Below, piece by piece: positions 23,453 to 36,100 of a DNA stretch of 64,000 nt. The stretch is taken from contig NC_090601.1 of assembly GCF_000497125.1 (NCBI RefSeq), positions 744,001-808,000 on the forward strand, given 5' to 3'. Position 1 is the first letter of the stretch, and each line of letters opens with the position of its first letter. The notes below the pieces were generated by a model, which did no database searches, had not been told where the DNA came from, and saw nothing but the letters and a program-made list of their open reading frames with translations. The stretch is from Spironucleus salmonicida (lineage: Eukaryota). A program made the translations under genes and the position numbers.

Positions 23453-24427
23453 ATGGATGAAAAGTGCGATAACGCTGAAAAAGTTTGCCCAGAGATGAAG
23501 GCATGTCCCGTTGATGCTACAAACGCTATCCCAGCTGACTGCGTCGACTGCACCTCTACAATCGGAAACTGTAATCTCTGCATTGCCGCTGCTCCCGACA
23601 CCTGCACCGGCTGCAAGACCACATTCTTTCTGGACGCCAACGAGTGCAAGGCCTGCTCCGCAAACTGCACTACTTGCTCTGCCGCCGACAAGTGCACTGC
23701 CTGCGCCGAAGGATATGAAGTTAAGGCTGATGCCTGTGTAGTCAAAGGCGCCATCGTAAACGCGTGCGATGACACAAAATCTTGTGCAGATACTAAGTTT
23801 TGCGAGATTAAGTCTACTGGAAATGTCTGCTCGGATTGTTCTGGTGAGTGTGCAAACTGCAGCAGCGCTACCAAATGCACGACCTGCAAGGCTACCCACG
23901 AGATGAACACCGATCAGACCTGCACCGCACCTTGTGCGAATTTACCTGTAAATAAGGCCTGTATAAGCTCTGCTGCCGCGGACTGTGGAAGTGCTGGGTA
24001 GCAGACCGCCTGCAATTGCGGTACTACCACCAAGAACTGCTTGACTTGCCCGATTCCCCCAGTTCCGACTCCGGATGCCAACAACTGCGACGATAAGCTT
24101 TGCAAGTGTGATTCTGGTACCCCTGCGACCTGTACTGGATGCGTTGATGAGGAAAATTATACATTTTCTGCTGCTGCCTGCACGCCCAAGGCCCCCACCA
24201 CCTGCGGCACCTGCCTGCCCGGGTACGTCCTCAAAGAGAATAAGTGCGAGGAGTGCGCCTCCGGATTCACCAAGGTAGGCGAATTCTGTTTTAATGACGT
24301 AGACCCATCCTCCGCCAACAAGCTCTCCGGGGGCGCCGTGGCGGGGATCGTGATCGCGGTCCTGGTGGTAACTGGCGCAGTGGGTGGTGGTCTGGCTTAC
24401 TACTTCATCAAGAAAGGTAAGAAGTGA
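23453..24427 (+). CDS. cysteine-rich membrane protein, type a (324 aa)
   Basis: Track ORFs 23453 and 24041 joined through TAG; tail IKKGKK*. Confidence 0.92.
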
Positions 24428-25115
24428 TATTTTACTTTTAGATTGGTTTGACTTAAGGTTGGGCGAACTTGGTTTATCAATTATAAACCGCAAATAAGTA
24501 CTAAGTGATAAATCTTAACTGGGATTGTCGGTAACCTCTTCTATGCCTACTAAGACCGAAGGTGCTTATTTTGATACTAGTAACTGAATTACTAGGATAG
24601 TGAATGCACATCGGCTAGCCCCCCATTAGGTATGGCTACCCTTATTTCATGTGCATACGACTGTGCTGCATAAATGGTCATTGCCAGCCAATAAGTCCTG
24701 AATTTAGAACTACAGTGCGGTATGACCAACTAGGGAAATACTGGACGTTATACTTCCGTAAATTTGTTCCAAGATATGAATTGTTATGTTGGCTCTATGC
24801 CCTATTTAGTCTATCATGAATCCAATCAAATTTTAAATATATTACTAACAATACATATCTAAAATCTCCATATTAAGAATTTATCTGTTCCACATCAACT
24901 TTTTATACTAAAGCTTTTATAGCTATTGTAATCAGTTCAGCTTTAAATTTTCGATTTCTTACTCTTAAGACTTGTTCCAGCCAACCCCCTAGTAACTTAC
25001 GAACCACCTATTAAGCCTAACCTCAAAAGCTACCATAAATCTCATTTTACCTACAGAATCCCATTTTTAAATTGATTTTTCACTCCTTTTTCAAAAACGG
25101 TTTATTTGCTTTATT

Positions 25116-25523
25116 ATGAAAACTCTTAAATTCACATGTACCGAAACTCATAAACCTCATGAACTTATTTTCTCATTCGCACGGTCAGTATTCCCTCCAA
25201 AATTGCATCCACACCCAACCTTTTCAATTGCAGCCTGCGAAGCAGAATTTTAGAGCAGCCAAAACTCGAGAATTTGCTCACTTTCTGCGCCTTTTTGCAG
25301 CGCCGTAAACGACGAAATCCGCCCGGATTTCGGCGTTTTGATACGCTTGCACCATGGGCCTGAGCCGCTCCCTCGTTCCCCTAGCAGTAAGAACGCTCTG
25401 CGGGTAACCTGCGGAGACCGGGCGCTGCTTTGTAGCGTGGTCCGAACGCTATGCGGAACGTTCATTTTAGGAAGGGCGTTTGCCGCTCCAAAGACAGGAT
25501 TTGGAATGGCGTTGAATCGTTGA
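25116..25523 (+). CDS. possible hypothetical protein (135 aa)
   Basis: Open frame in code 6 only; no motif; lies in a skewed CpG-rich island and may be non-coding. Confidence 0.2.
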
Positions 25524-26111
25524 GAATAGCGAGAAATTGGGCGCGATCTGATAGTGTTGATTGATTAAATTCTGAATAGCGCGCTATTTCGATGTGCTGG
25601 AACAAAGCCAGCTTGATTTGGCGTTTAAGTGCCTGATTTGACTTTAAATTCCTGGTTTAGCATACAGAATAAAATTGAGCTAAGGCTGAATTGGGTAGTC
25701 GAGCTCCATGTCGAGTTTCTGTATACGCCTTGAGGATGCTAAATTAACATATCAGCGCTGTTAATTTAAGTATTGGTAGTAGGCTTAATTTGATTTGAAA
25801 ATATACGATTTTTTATACTAAAAACGGACCAAATATGAAAACAACTATTAGAATACTATCGATATATAAATCGGATAGATCGCTTATTCCCGAGTTATGA
25901 AAAATACTGCACTTATAATTAAATACATACTTCTTAGTTTCAAAATTTAACTTTTTATTATATCATATTTTAAACTCCTGGATTGCACCTTAGGTAATTT
26001 TAGATGCATTTTTATGATAGGATGCTTGCATTTTAGACAGATAGTAACGCTGAATAAATTAGATATACACGGCCTATAGGATTATAGAAATTACTTGTTA
26101 CATAGAAAACT

Positions 26112-27746
26112 TCACTTAATTTTTATTTTATGCAATCTTGTAAGATGAATTATACATATTAAAATGGTAAACATTAAATTGCCTAAAAATATTATGAGAC
26201 CTTACTTCCAGAATATACGTGGGGTGAGGTAGCTAACATACCTGTACATAGGAAGAGATTCATTGTCAATAGTTATAGTAATATCATTACTTTCTTTTGA
26301 TATTAAATTATAAATATTATTTGCATCCTTCTGGTTTAATTTATAACAGTACGGCTCGCGTGATTATTATATTTATTACTACCAAACTAGACTATAAAAT
26401 CCTACCTGTATTTGTAATATAATAGTACCAGACTTTGCTGGGGACCATGCTAATTAGGTAGCCTATATACAAATTTATTCATCAAGTACTATTAATATAG
26501 CGTTTCTATACGATTCTTAATTATCATTTACTTTAAATTCTTACTATAGCATAATTTGATTATCTTAAATAAAAAGTAATATCATTTGTTGATTTTTTCT
26601 TTATCCACGTAATGCAATTGTTAAATTATTTTTATATTCAGTTTAGTTCCCAGCATTGCTAGAATTCATGAATATCTTACTCGTTTTTTCGTCTATTATA
26701 ATGTTCGAATTTTATAGAGTATAATAACCGTCTGTAGAACCGTATATTTCAATCTCTACACGATCAAAATCCTTTTTAGGACATTAAATTGGTGCTTAAT
26801 TTAATACTAATTATATTTCTATATGATCTTCGTACATTAAAACTGTAACATCTTTGAAGCAATCTAAAACAGTAAGTACTTCCTCAATTTAAGCAGATCC
26901 TTTATAATAAATAGCAGTATTAATAGGCATATCTATAGTTTTCATTTTACCTATATTCCTTTCTACAGCAACTGCTAACTGAAACTCAACAAAACTTTCC
27001 TAATTACTATTTATTACTTTCATAAAATTTCTACATTTCAACTAATCGGAAGCTAGAACTTTATCGCATTCGACGTCAATCTGCCCCATTCCTAATAAAT
27101 TTACTTCATAATAAGGCTAAATGCTTATAGCATCACCGTTTAATAATAATTAAACCCAAGGACAATCCTGAGGTATGCCATCTATCGGATCTTTGCAAGT
27201 TTTAGAAGCCATTAGACCTTTCACTTTATCCGAGAGTTCTAGTATACAAAGGAAGGGAACTCCAGAAAACACTAGTTTTTCTTAGCTGTACAACAATGTA
27301 TATTAGGCGTAACAATTTCCTGAATCAAAAGATAAGATCTAATAAATGCTAGGTGTGAATTACATTAACATTCTTTCAGTATGGAAATCAAAAGTTATCT
27401 GTGATATAGATGCTGTTGCAGCCTCTTTACATGCAGCTTAACGTGCATTTTTACACGATTAACATTTTGGTATGTCAATAGGGGGTTTACATTCTTCTAT
27501 ACATGGAGCAGCTGGACATTCTAAATGCAACACTAATCTTTCATCAGATGAAAACACTATTTGAGAAGCTACAAATGTAATTTTACCGAAAGCTAGCGTG
27601 GGTATAGCAATTTTTCCTTCTAGATATTGACAAATTTCACTTTTTATTTATTGAGGATATGCTGTAAATAGGACTGATGCAGATATGTAATTGTACTCAA
27701 CTGAGGATGAAGAATTAAAACAAGAAAATTGTAAGACGATCATCAT
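26112..27746 (-). CDS. type I membrane protein of unknown function with scattered cysteines (544 aa), intact AT-rich paralog
   Basis: Read codon by codon in code 6: MMIVLQFSCFNSSS...GIPQDCPWVQL...FQLAVAVERNIGK...TM GLIIFLGNLMFTILICIIHL, tail TRLHKIKIK*, stop in AAGTGA. Absent from the ORF track. Confidence 0.88.
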
Positions 27747-29384
27747 TTTAAAATTATTAATTTATTATAATAGTCATTAAATCTAATATAAAAGTGTTGT
27801 AGAAAGTTTTTAATTATAATGTACTACATATTCAAACGTGTAATTTACTATATATACTATTATTATTGTATATTACTTTATAACTGCGGAATTTTTATTG
27901 GTGTTACTTTGATTATAATAAATTACTAAGAAAAATAATGTATTAGAATTTTATTAATAGTTGAATTTACTATTACTATTTCAAGTTATGTGTAATAATA
28001 AAAATATTAATATTAAAACTTATATTAATTAACACTACAATTATTTTAGATTCTGAAGTTTCGAATAAAAAGTATTAATAGTTTTCAAATTAACAGTTGT
28101 TAGTATTTTTAGTTTTCATTTTTAATCATAAAAATACTAATTTAATCACAATGGTAACAAGTTTTTTCTAGTTTTTAAAGAAATTTAATAGAGAAACTTA
28201 TTTATAAATTTTAGTATCATGACTTATATTTCTTTATTTCTCTTAATTTAGCATAATTTATATTTAATTTATTTAGTAAAAAAAACTAAGTAATATAGAT
28301 TAGCTTACAAAATTTGATTCTTCGTAAAACTCAACATCAATAATACAGTTATGTTCTATTAATAATAAAGGTTTAATGTAAAATTAGATATTTTTAAGAT
28401 ATGAATGAGAAAACTAATTGTTTGACTTGTATTATAAAGATTTAGCAATTCATATATAATAGTTTTCTAGTTAAATAGTAGCATTCTACTAAAAGTAAAA
28501 TTATAAGTGTTAGTTGTTATGCTAATGATACACAATTGCAGCTATGCAACAATGAAACGTTCAATCACTTCATCGAATTATGTAACGAAGGTACAATATA
28601 AACTATAATACACTAGTAATTAATTATGGAATTAGGGATAATAATCTTATACAATAATATATGCCAATGCTATCATTTTTACAGAATGTTAGTAAAGAAT
28701 AACCGAATGATACATACATTCAAAGAAGTTTATTTAATTGATTTAAATTTGCAATAAACAATCATGCAAGAAGGTTCTGAGTTATAGAAAAAAAATTAAT
28801 GAACGCACGCATTTTACAGATTTAATTTTTGAAGCAAAGCAGTAGTAATAGATATTATATAAAATTATATACGTTAAATGTAAATGAACAATCATTACTT
28901 TAAAAAGGAACCCCAAAAAAAGCTTATTATAATACATATTAGATTCAACCACAACATAGTATGACCATGTTTAAGATACATTAATCTTTCTAATATCTTA
29001 CATATGTTTGCAAATAATGAGGCAGATTAACATTTGGACTACGATTTTTTATTTTTAAGAATATTTTCGTCTATTGAAGATATTGCCTATCACTGAAAGT
29101 AAACCAACTGCATGACCAATATGCTATCTCGTCAGAAATAAGTCAACATTCCATTGCAGAAAATCCTAAGTATTCGATCACAGTTAACCATAACCATCTT
29201 AACTATAACTTTTTAGTTCCATTTTCAACTTTACCACTCGCGTTATGATTTTATTAATTCCCGATCACCTGAACTTTCTATAAATGAACTTTTGACAAAT
29301 CCTTATTTTTTAACTCAGGCCCAGCTGCCTAACTAACAACATTTCTACGCACTTATTTTGTGCAAAATCACCATTATTAATTTT

Positions 29385-29480
29385 ATCTCAATATCAATTA
29401 TATACAATTATCTGCAATTATATCCATTCATATATAATTATATCCATTTATATCAATTTATATAAAATTATATACAATCC
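29385..29480. repeat. degenerate ~10-nt tandem repeat (AATTATAT(C/A)C-like)
   Basis: CAATTATATACAATTATCTGCAATTATATCCATTCATATATAATTATATCCATTTATATCAATTTATATAAAATTATATACAAT. Confidence 0.6.
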
Positions 29481-30510
29481 CAACCCTCCACGATCAGCAC
29501 AAATCGCTATTTTCACACCCCCACAAAACTCATATTCGACCCTTCTACTATCCTGACACATTATGCCCCAAAACTTCTCGCTGACCAGAATTCCCACCTT
29601 TTCATGCGAATCGCAACCGCTTCAGACAATTTTTCCTGACGCTCAAAATCGTACTTTTAGGCCAAAAATTCAGCTGATTTTACACAAAAATCCCGCTAGA
29701 ACTCGCGTTCGACGGGCGTTCTTTCCATCGAATTAGGAGCGGAAAGTGCCGTTTTAGCGCTTTTCCGGCCGGTAGAGGCGGGAATTTTTGTGCGGAATTG
29801 GAGCGCGCAAGGTGTCATTTGACGATTTGACGAATTGGAATTTTTGCCCGCTGGAGATAATTTTGCAAAATGACGCCAATTTTAATTTTTGTAATTTTGC
29901 AGTTTCCATGCAGGAAATCTGCGATTTTTACGCAGGATGATCGCAAAAATAGTGAAATTTTGGTCCAGGTTAATCTAGAGGATGCTGGTAAATTACAGGA
30001 TTAAGTGCTCGTTGCGCTAATTGTGGAGGTGACGCTTGGATTTGAAAAATTGGCGAAAATGGTGTTTAGTGATATGTTCAGGTTTTGGATGTTTCTTTTG
30101 ATGATATAACGAAGAGGAAGTTTAGTTTAGAATATTGGAAATATCGTAATAGGATTGTCTGCAAGTCGTACAATCTGCTGTATTCGATGCAAAGGCTGAT
30201 GCTGAGTAAATGACTGGATAAAATTGGTGATAATCTAAGCTGCTGAGTTCTGTTTTTGTCATTGACTACGCGCGAAATAGTCAGGTTTCCTGTACTGATT
30301 AGCCTTAGATATTATGGTGCAATTCGTAAAGAAAATAAAAACTTCTAAGAAATATACAAATAAGGTAATGCGGGATACTGTAACTACATATGCCTGATGA
30401 TGTATGTGGTGTTAAGGTTTGTGTTAATTGTGGTGTTCAGCTGAGCTATTTCTGTGAGTACACTGGACAATGATCAAAATACGATTGAATAGTAAAACTA
30501 GTAGACTTTC

Positions 30511-31130
30511 ATGATAAAAACTTAGCATATAATTATCTATATACCCAGTATTCAATTTAAGCATAGTATTATTAATTTAAATTACACTACCCTCAGAAAG
30601 CTCGTAAGTACAGCTAAACTAGATATCAGACTCGGTCTGACCTTTGAATGGTCATTGGCAAAATCATTAATTTCTAGCAATAATCTAAATCGCTCTAAGG
30701 AAATTGTCCACAATCTCATCAAAAACGGTGCCGGCCGACATCAATATTTTCACTTTCAACAGCAAAACTTTTACGACAAAGATATCATTCTTACATTCGA
30801 ATAAAATATAACGCCGATACATACCTCCATTAACTACTTTTTTCGACGCCATAACATAGGTGCAGGAATAAATGATGGCTGCACGCTAATCTCTGATGGA
30901 GTGATGGTCCACGTTTAAGGAAAGCGTAATGAACTGATATAGCAAGTGCGTGTGCAATTTTGAGGTCCAGCGGTGAAGTAGGTATCGTTGATTTGGACCT
31001 CGCGGAGATTGAGTAAATTTGGGTTTAGTATACGGAAATTGTTTTGGAGTACAAGTTCATTGTGTATCTGAAAGGGCTGACCACCAGTAGGATTATGAAA
31101 TCGTTAGAAGAGGCATTGGAGTTATTTTGA
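30511..31130 (+). pseudogene. possible hypothetical gene or frameshifted relic
   Basis: Open frame 30511-30963, followed by a protein-like stretch in another frame (GEVGIVDLDLAEIEQ...SLEEALELF*). No homology recognised. Confidence 0.25.
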
Positions 31131-33101
31131 GTGTTTTCCGTAGGAAAATAATCGCGTGTGCCACCATTTGCATACGCGCTTTATCCCATAGTTGAAGATA
31201 TTATTGACCAACTGAGGGATTCTTTCAATCAAATTAAGTTTTATCCTTTTAATAGTCATATTATGCATGGGTGGTTGCGTCAGCTCGTCGTACGCGTCAA
31301 AGCAAATTTGGTGTATAAGGCAAGGAAGTAATCGGAGATTACGATGGTATACCTCTGGTATATTTTTGTTAAAGTGAAGGTGCCAAATAGGTATGATAAT
31401 TAAGGGACTCACATCGTCATTGGCATAATGAGCTCGTCGCGACCAATCTCCACTCTATAAGGTATATTGCGCAGCCTCTGCAATTTTATCTTTGGGAGAT
31501 TGTTTTGGTCGAGGTGGATAATACTGGGGCGTCTGGCTGACTAAACCTGCATAGGTGCAGAAGACAGAGCGAAACCCAGCATTATTAAAGGAAAGATAAT
31601 ATTATAATTTTATATTAATATATAACATACTATGTGCTAAATATTTGTAAAAGATGAGTAAACCACAATGTATATTTTACTTTGGAAAGTGTTTATAGGT
31701 TTGGTTCTCGGAAATATATGATGAATATTTATGTTTCATTTATCTTCATTAAATGATATGCCTAAATAGTTTTAACATTTATATCAATCATATTAAATGT
31801 AGATTATTTGTATAAATTGACTTTAGTGAGTGTTGATGATTAAGGAATATTAATTATTAATTGTGAATAGTTTTAATATTGCACGTAAAATTTTAATTCT
31901 TAGCAAATGAGGAATTTATTTCCTCGATTAGATGGTTATTTTCAATGATATTATATTTACTGAATGGTAGTCGCGCGTTAATCTAAATAAGTAAGACTTA
32001 AATTTACAGATATGAACACACATCTAAACGGTATTACTTCATTATTTAACAATTCTTACTAAAAATAGTTTCAGAGATCGTTGTTTATTATCTTAAACTT
32101 ATTTTCTTGATAGTTTAATTTTCGCAAATTTAATCTAGATTATACGTTCCTTTATTTGTGAATATTTTTAAATAGTATAATTACTATGAAATTATATTTT
32201 AAGAATATACCTAACAAACTACATGTAATGATGAATGATTATCATAAAAATTTTATATCCATCTGAGTAAGCAGTTATAAAATAAATTCAGTTTTTCACA
32301 AAAATATATTTAGGGCAAATGCAATTTTTCGATTTGGTGTATAGTATTGTTCATGTTGTACTGAATACTATTACTTTAAAAATTAAAAATAGAAAATGAT
32401 ATTATTTTAGTAAATTAATATAGATCTGACGAATAAGCTATAAACTAAGTAAAAATAATGAATGTACCTCTAAATAAAATACTTTTGATTATTATTTAAG
32501 TACTTATTCATATTATATAATTAAAACTATAAACATTCTGAATTTTTATGTGATTTTAATATATTTTACTTGATGAAGTAGCGTATGTTTGCTTTACATT
32601 ACTCTATATTATAGGGTAGTTATCATATCCCAGTATTATAATAATAAAAATATACAATTATTTTGTAGTTAAAAATAAATACGTTATATAATATAATGAA
32701 ATATAGAAGAATGATTATGTTATTATTTAGGATAACTTATAAATTAGAGGTTGTTCATTTTTAGGTTTATTATTATATATTTGTGTAAAAATATTAGATA
32801 TAAAAAATTAATTATTTTTTATTAAATAATTTAGTTAAAGTAGTATTAATTATAAATATGCAAAGCAATAATAATTTAATGAATGAATATAATACAATAT
32901 ACTTAATTTATAATATTTCTATGTAAAATTTTTTTAACTTATTATTAAATACAAGTTATTCTATATAAAAATTTCAATGAATTATATTTATTATCGAGTT
33001 AGATTATTATGACCTATAACTATATTAGTACTATTTTTTGACGAAGCATATATTTTATTTTGAGTATACATATAAATAGTTAAAATTAATTATTATACTA
33101 A

Positions 33102-36100
33102 ATGAACAAGCCTTTAAGCTAGTTTTTCCTATTTAGGGCGAGGTCGCTGACAGTAATCGTGGTAGCATAACTCATTCTGCCACTTCTCATGGCGGTAGGG
33201 CTTTCCGGCATGATATTTCTCATCTCTAACAGTCTGTTTACTTCCAACTCAGTAAACATCGACATACCGACCTTGCCGAAACTTCCATAAAACGAAGATT
33301 TCGTTTATCTGTCAGCCTCTCCGAACACTGAGCTAACAAGAGATTTGCTGGACTTCGTTCTAGCGAAAAATGGCCTTAAGGGCCACCGAACGAGATTCTT
33401 CGAGTCTCCAGAGGAGGCAAATAGCTACTTCGCTAAGAAGAACCTTTTTACTAACCAAAGTTTTGATGTAGAATTTGCTAGGTAGGTATTCTGCGATGAT
33501 GTATTGGAGGTAGCGGATACATGCAATTCCACATTTTTAGATACTTTCTAGGACGATCTACATAATAGGTATCCATAATATTCAGGTCCGCTCCTGAATG
33601 ACGAAATATTCATTCATATTAACATTCTACAGTCAGAGGAAATGATTTAGAACATGCCGCTCAACCTTACGGTCGAGGTGGTTGTGAACAATTCGTTTTT
33701 AGAAAAATTACTGGTAGAATAGCCTGATCCATTGTTTTAGTAATTCACATTTGGTTGGAAGAAAGCATTTTGGACAGGTTACGGAATAGCTCTTTAGACG
33801 TAAATCGATTAGTATTTAGTAGATTATTTCGCAAAAGTAGACTATCATATTAGTTATAACTTTCTAGAGCCATTGAAACAACGCGTTGATAATCTGATGA
33901 ATATCAACCTTCTTTTTAGCATCGCTAACTCGCTTTCGCTTACTGTTATCATTCTTATGGCAGCTTTCATCGCAACGCAGAACAGAGATAATATCCATGT
34001 GGTTCTTAAGCGGTTAGGAGTGCTCCATCATTCTTTCTATACTACTGCTATGGTTTTCACTTTTGTCCCAACCTTGGTATCCACTGAAACCTTCTTCGTC
34101 TTTGGCCACTATGTCGGCATATTGCCTTTTTCCGGTATTACTGTTGGTTTCTGCATGGTGGCGGCTCTGGCATCTGCTTTAATTATCTCGGTTGGTGTAA
34201 ATTTTATATCTGTGATTTTTGGTAGCTAGCGCACGCGTGTAATTATTTTTGTGTGCATAATGTGTCTTGCGATGATCTTACTGCCCATAGTTTTCCACTA
34301 GGCTTTATTTTTCTCAACAACATTCTTCGATCCGTCCATGCTTCCTTAGGCTATTACCTGGACAGTTACCTTTCTAGTTCCGATTTTTGGAGTAGTCATG
34401 GTGTATGACTCCATGTATTTTGCGCTAAGCAAGGATATAAAGAGCTAGTATGTGAGTAGCTACATCTGGAAACCCTAATAAACGCTTGTTTCATTGAACT
34501 TCCTTACGACATAAGGTACCAAGTAATTCTTATGCATTCTCCAGAACATAGACGCTGGACATATATGCAAATATCAGCACGTGACCTACTGGCATCTCTA
34601 CCTAGTGCTGGGATTCTCTGCTGCTTTCTTTTTCCTTTTCATTATCTACCTCGCCCATGTAATTCCTGAAAAGGGTTTCTATGGTCTGCATCCACTTTTC
34701 TTCTTGAAAAAGGACCTATGGTAATGGCGGAGGCTGGTGCCAGATTCTAACCATGTTAATCTGTAGAACATTTCTGTTACATATAAAGGAAAATGGAAAG
34801 TCTGGCGCCGTAGTAAAATAGTTGGCCTTGCTAACTGTAGTTTTTCGCTGTTAGAGGGATCCTCGGCAGTCATAGGCGAAACTTCCGCAGGAAAGTCAAC
34901 CCTACTTGGGGCGATCGCCGGTGATGTTCAGTTGGACAGGTAGGCTTCTTGCAGCTCAACTGTTTTTGGAACATTCGACCTCACAAACTCGATTCATGCT
35001 TACTTGGTAAAGCCCTTTACCGGCTACTGCCCCTAAGACTTTAGCAACGTCTTCCTGGATATGTCGGTGTTGAATAATGTAGCGTTTTCCTTCAGCCTCA
35101 GACAATACCGGACTGGTGCTAAGATATCAATCGCCGAGTAGAGCGCTATCATCCAGGACCTTCTCGCGACTATAGGGCTAGATTCGCCGTCCGTTCAACG
35201 AAGAACCGCCAAGAGGCTCAGTGGCGGTATGCTGAGAAGACTCGCCTGCTGTAACGCCATCGTTGGCTCAAACAACCTCGTCATGTTCGACGAAATTTCG
35301 GCTGGGGTGGACCCAATATTGAAACGAAAGATCTGGGAGATTGTTCGCAAGATCGAATGCTCGGTAGTTTTGACTACACACGACATGACGGAGGTTGAGG
35401 AGATTGCGCAGAAAATCAACTTCATAGACCGCGGGGCGATATTCTAGCATAACCAAACGCTACCCCAGGTGCGGTCAATGTTTTAGGGCTACTCACTTAC
35501 CTTCAACTTCGAGTCCGAGAACTTCACTGAATAAAAACTACGCGAGCTCTTTCCGTATGAATTTACTGTTATTGGTATTCGTCGACATTCTGTACAACTT
35601 GAGTTCAACGAAATATCCCAGTAGGTGCTTTTAGAGCTCCACTTATTATTAGAAATCCTAGAGCATGATAAAATAGTGTCTACTTATACCCTATAGAAAT
35701 TTAAACTTTAAGATACTTATGTTAAGCTGTAAATGGAACTGTAAAAATAGGAGACTATAAAGTAACGAAAAACTTCGCGTGGTTACATAAATAATAAATT
35801 TATGGCTTTGGTGTAGAACATGTTTAGACTTGAATTTTTCTCTGGCCAAACATCGTTCATATATGCATTATTACTTTTAATGTCATTTATTGTTTTATTT
35901 CTTGGAGTGGCATATATATTACTTGTTAAGATGATAGGGCTCACCGGAGATGGAAATATTACAGTGCATTATCATGATACGAAATAATATTTATTTAATT
36001 AGTGCAATTTATAATGCTATAAGCATTATGGAAATAATTAAAATCTTATTAAAAATGTACTTAATTAATGTTTGTAAGAAAGGCCGAAAGAATTATTTAC

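Larger units (their letters stand above)
13540..24830 (+). repeat. cassette copy A (CRMP-a, CRMP-b, CRMP-c, chimera, pseudogene, spacer, CRMP-a)
   Basis: Same gene order and spacers as 54330-64000 and, inverted, 44020-52600. CRMP-a starts are 9658 bp apart. Ends approximate. Confidence 0.9.

Noticed and set aside
28401-28803. AT-rich open frame
   Set aside because: No recognisable features; cannot be separated from chance.
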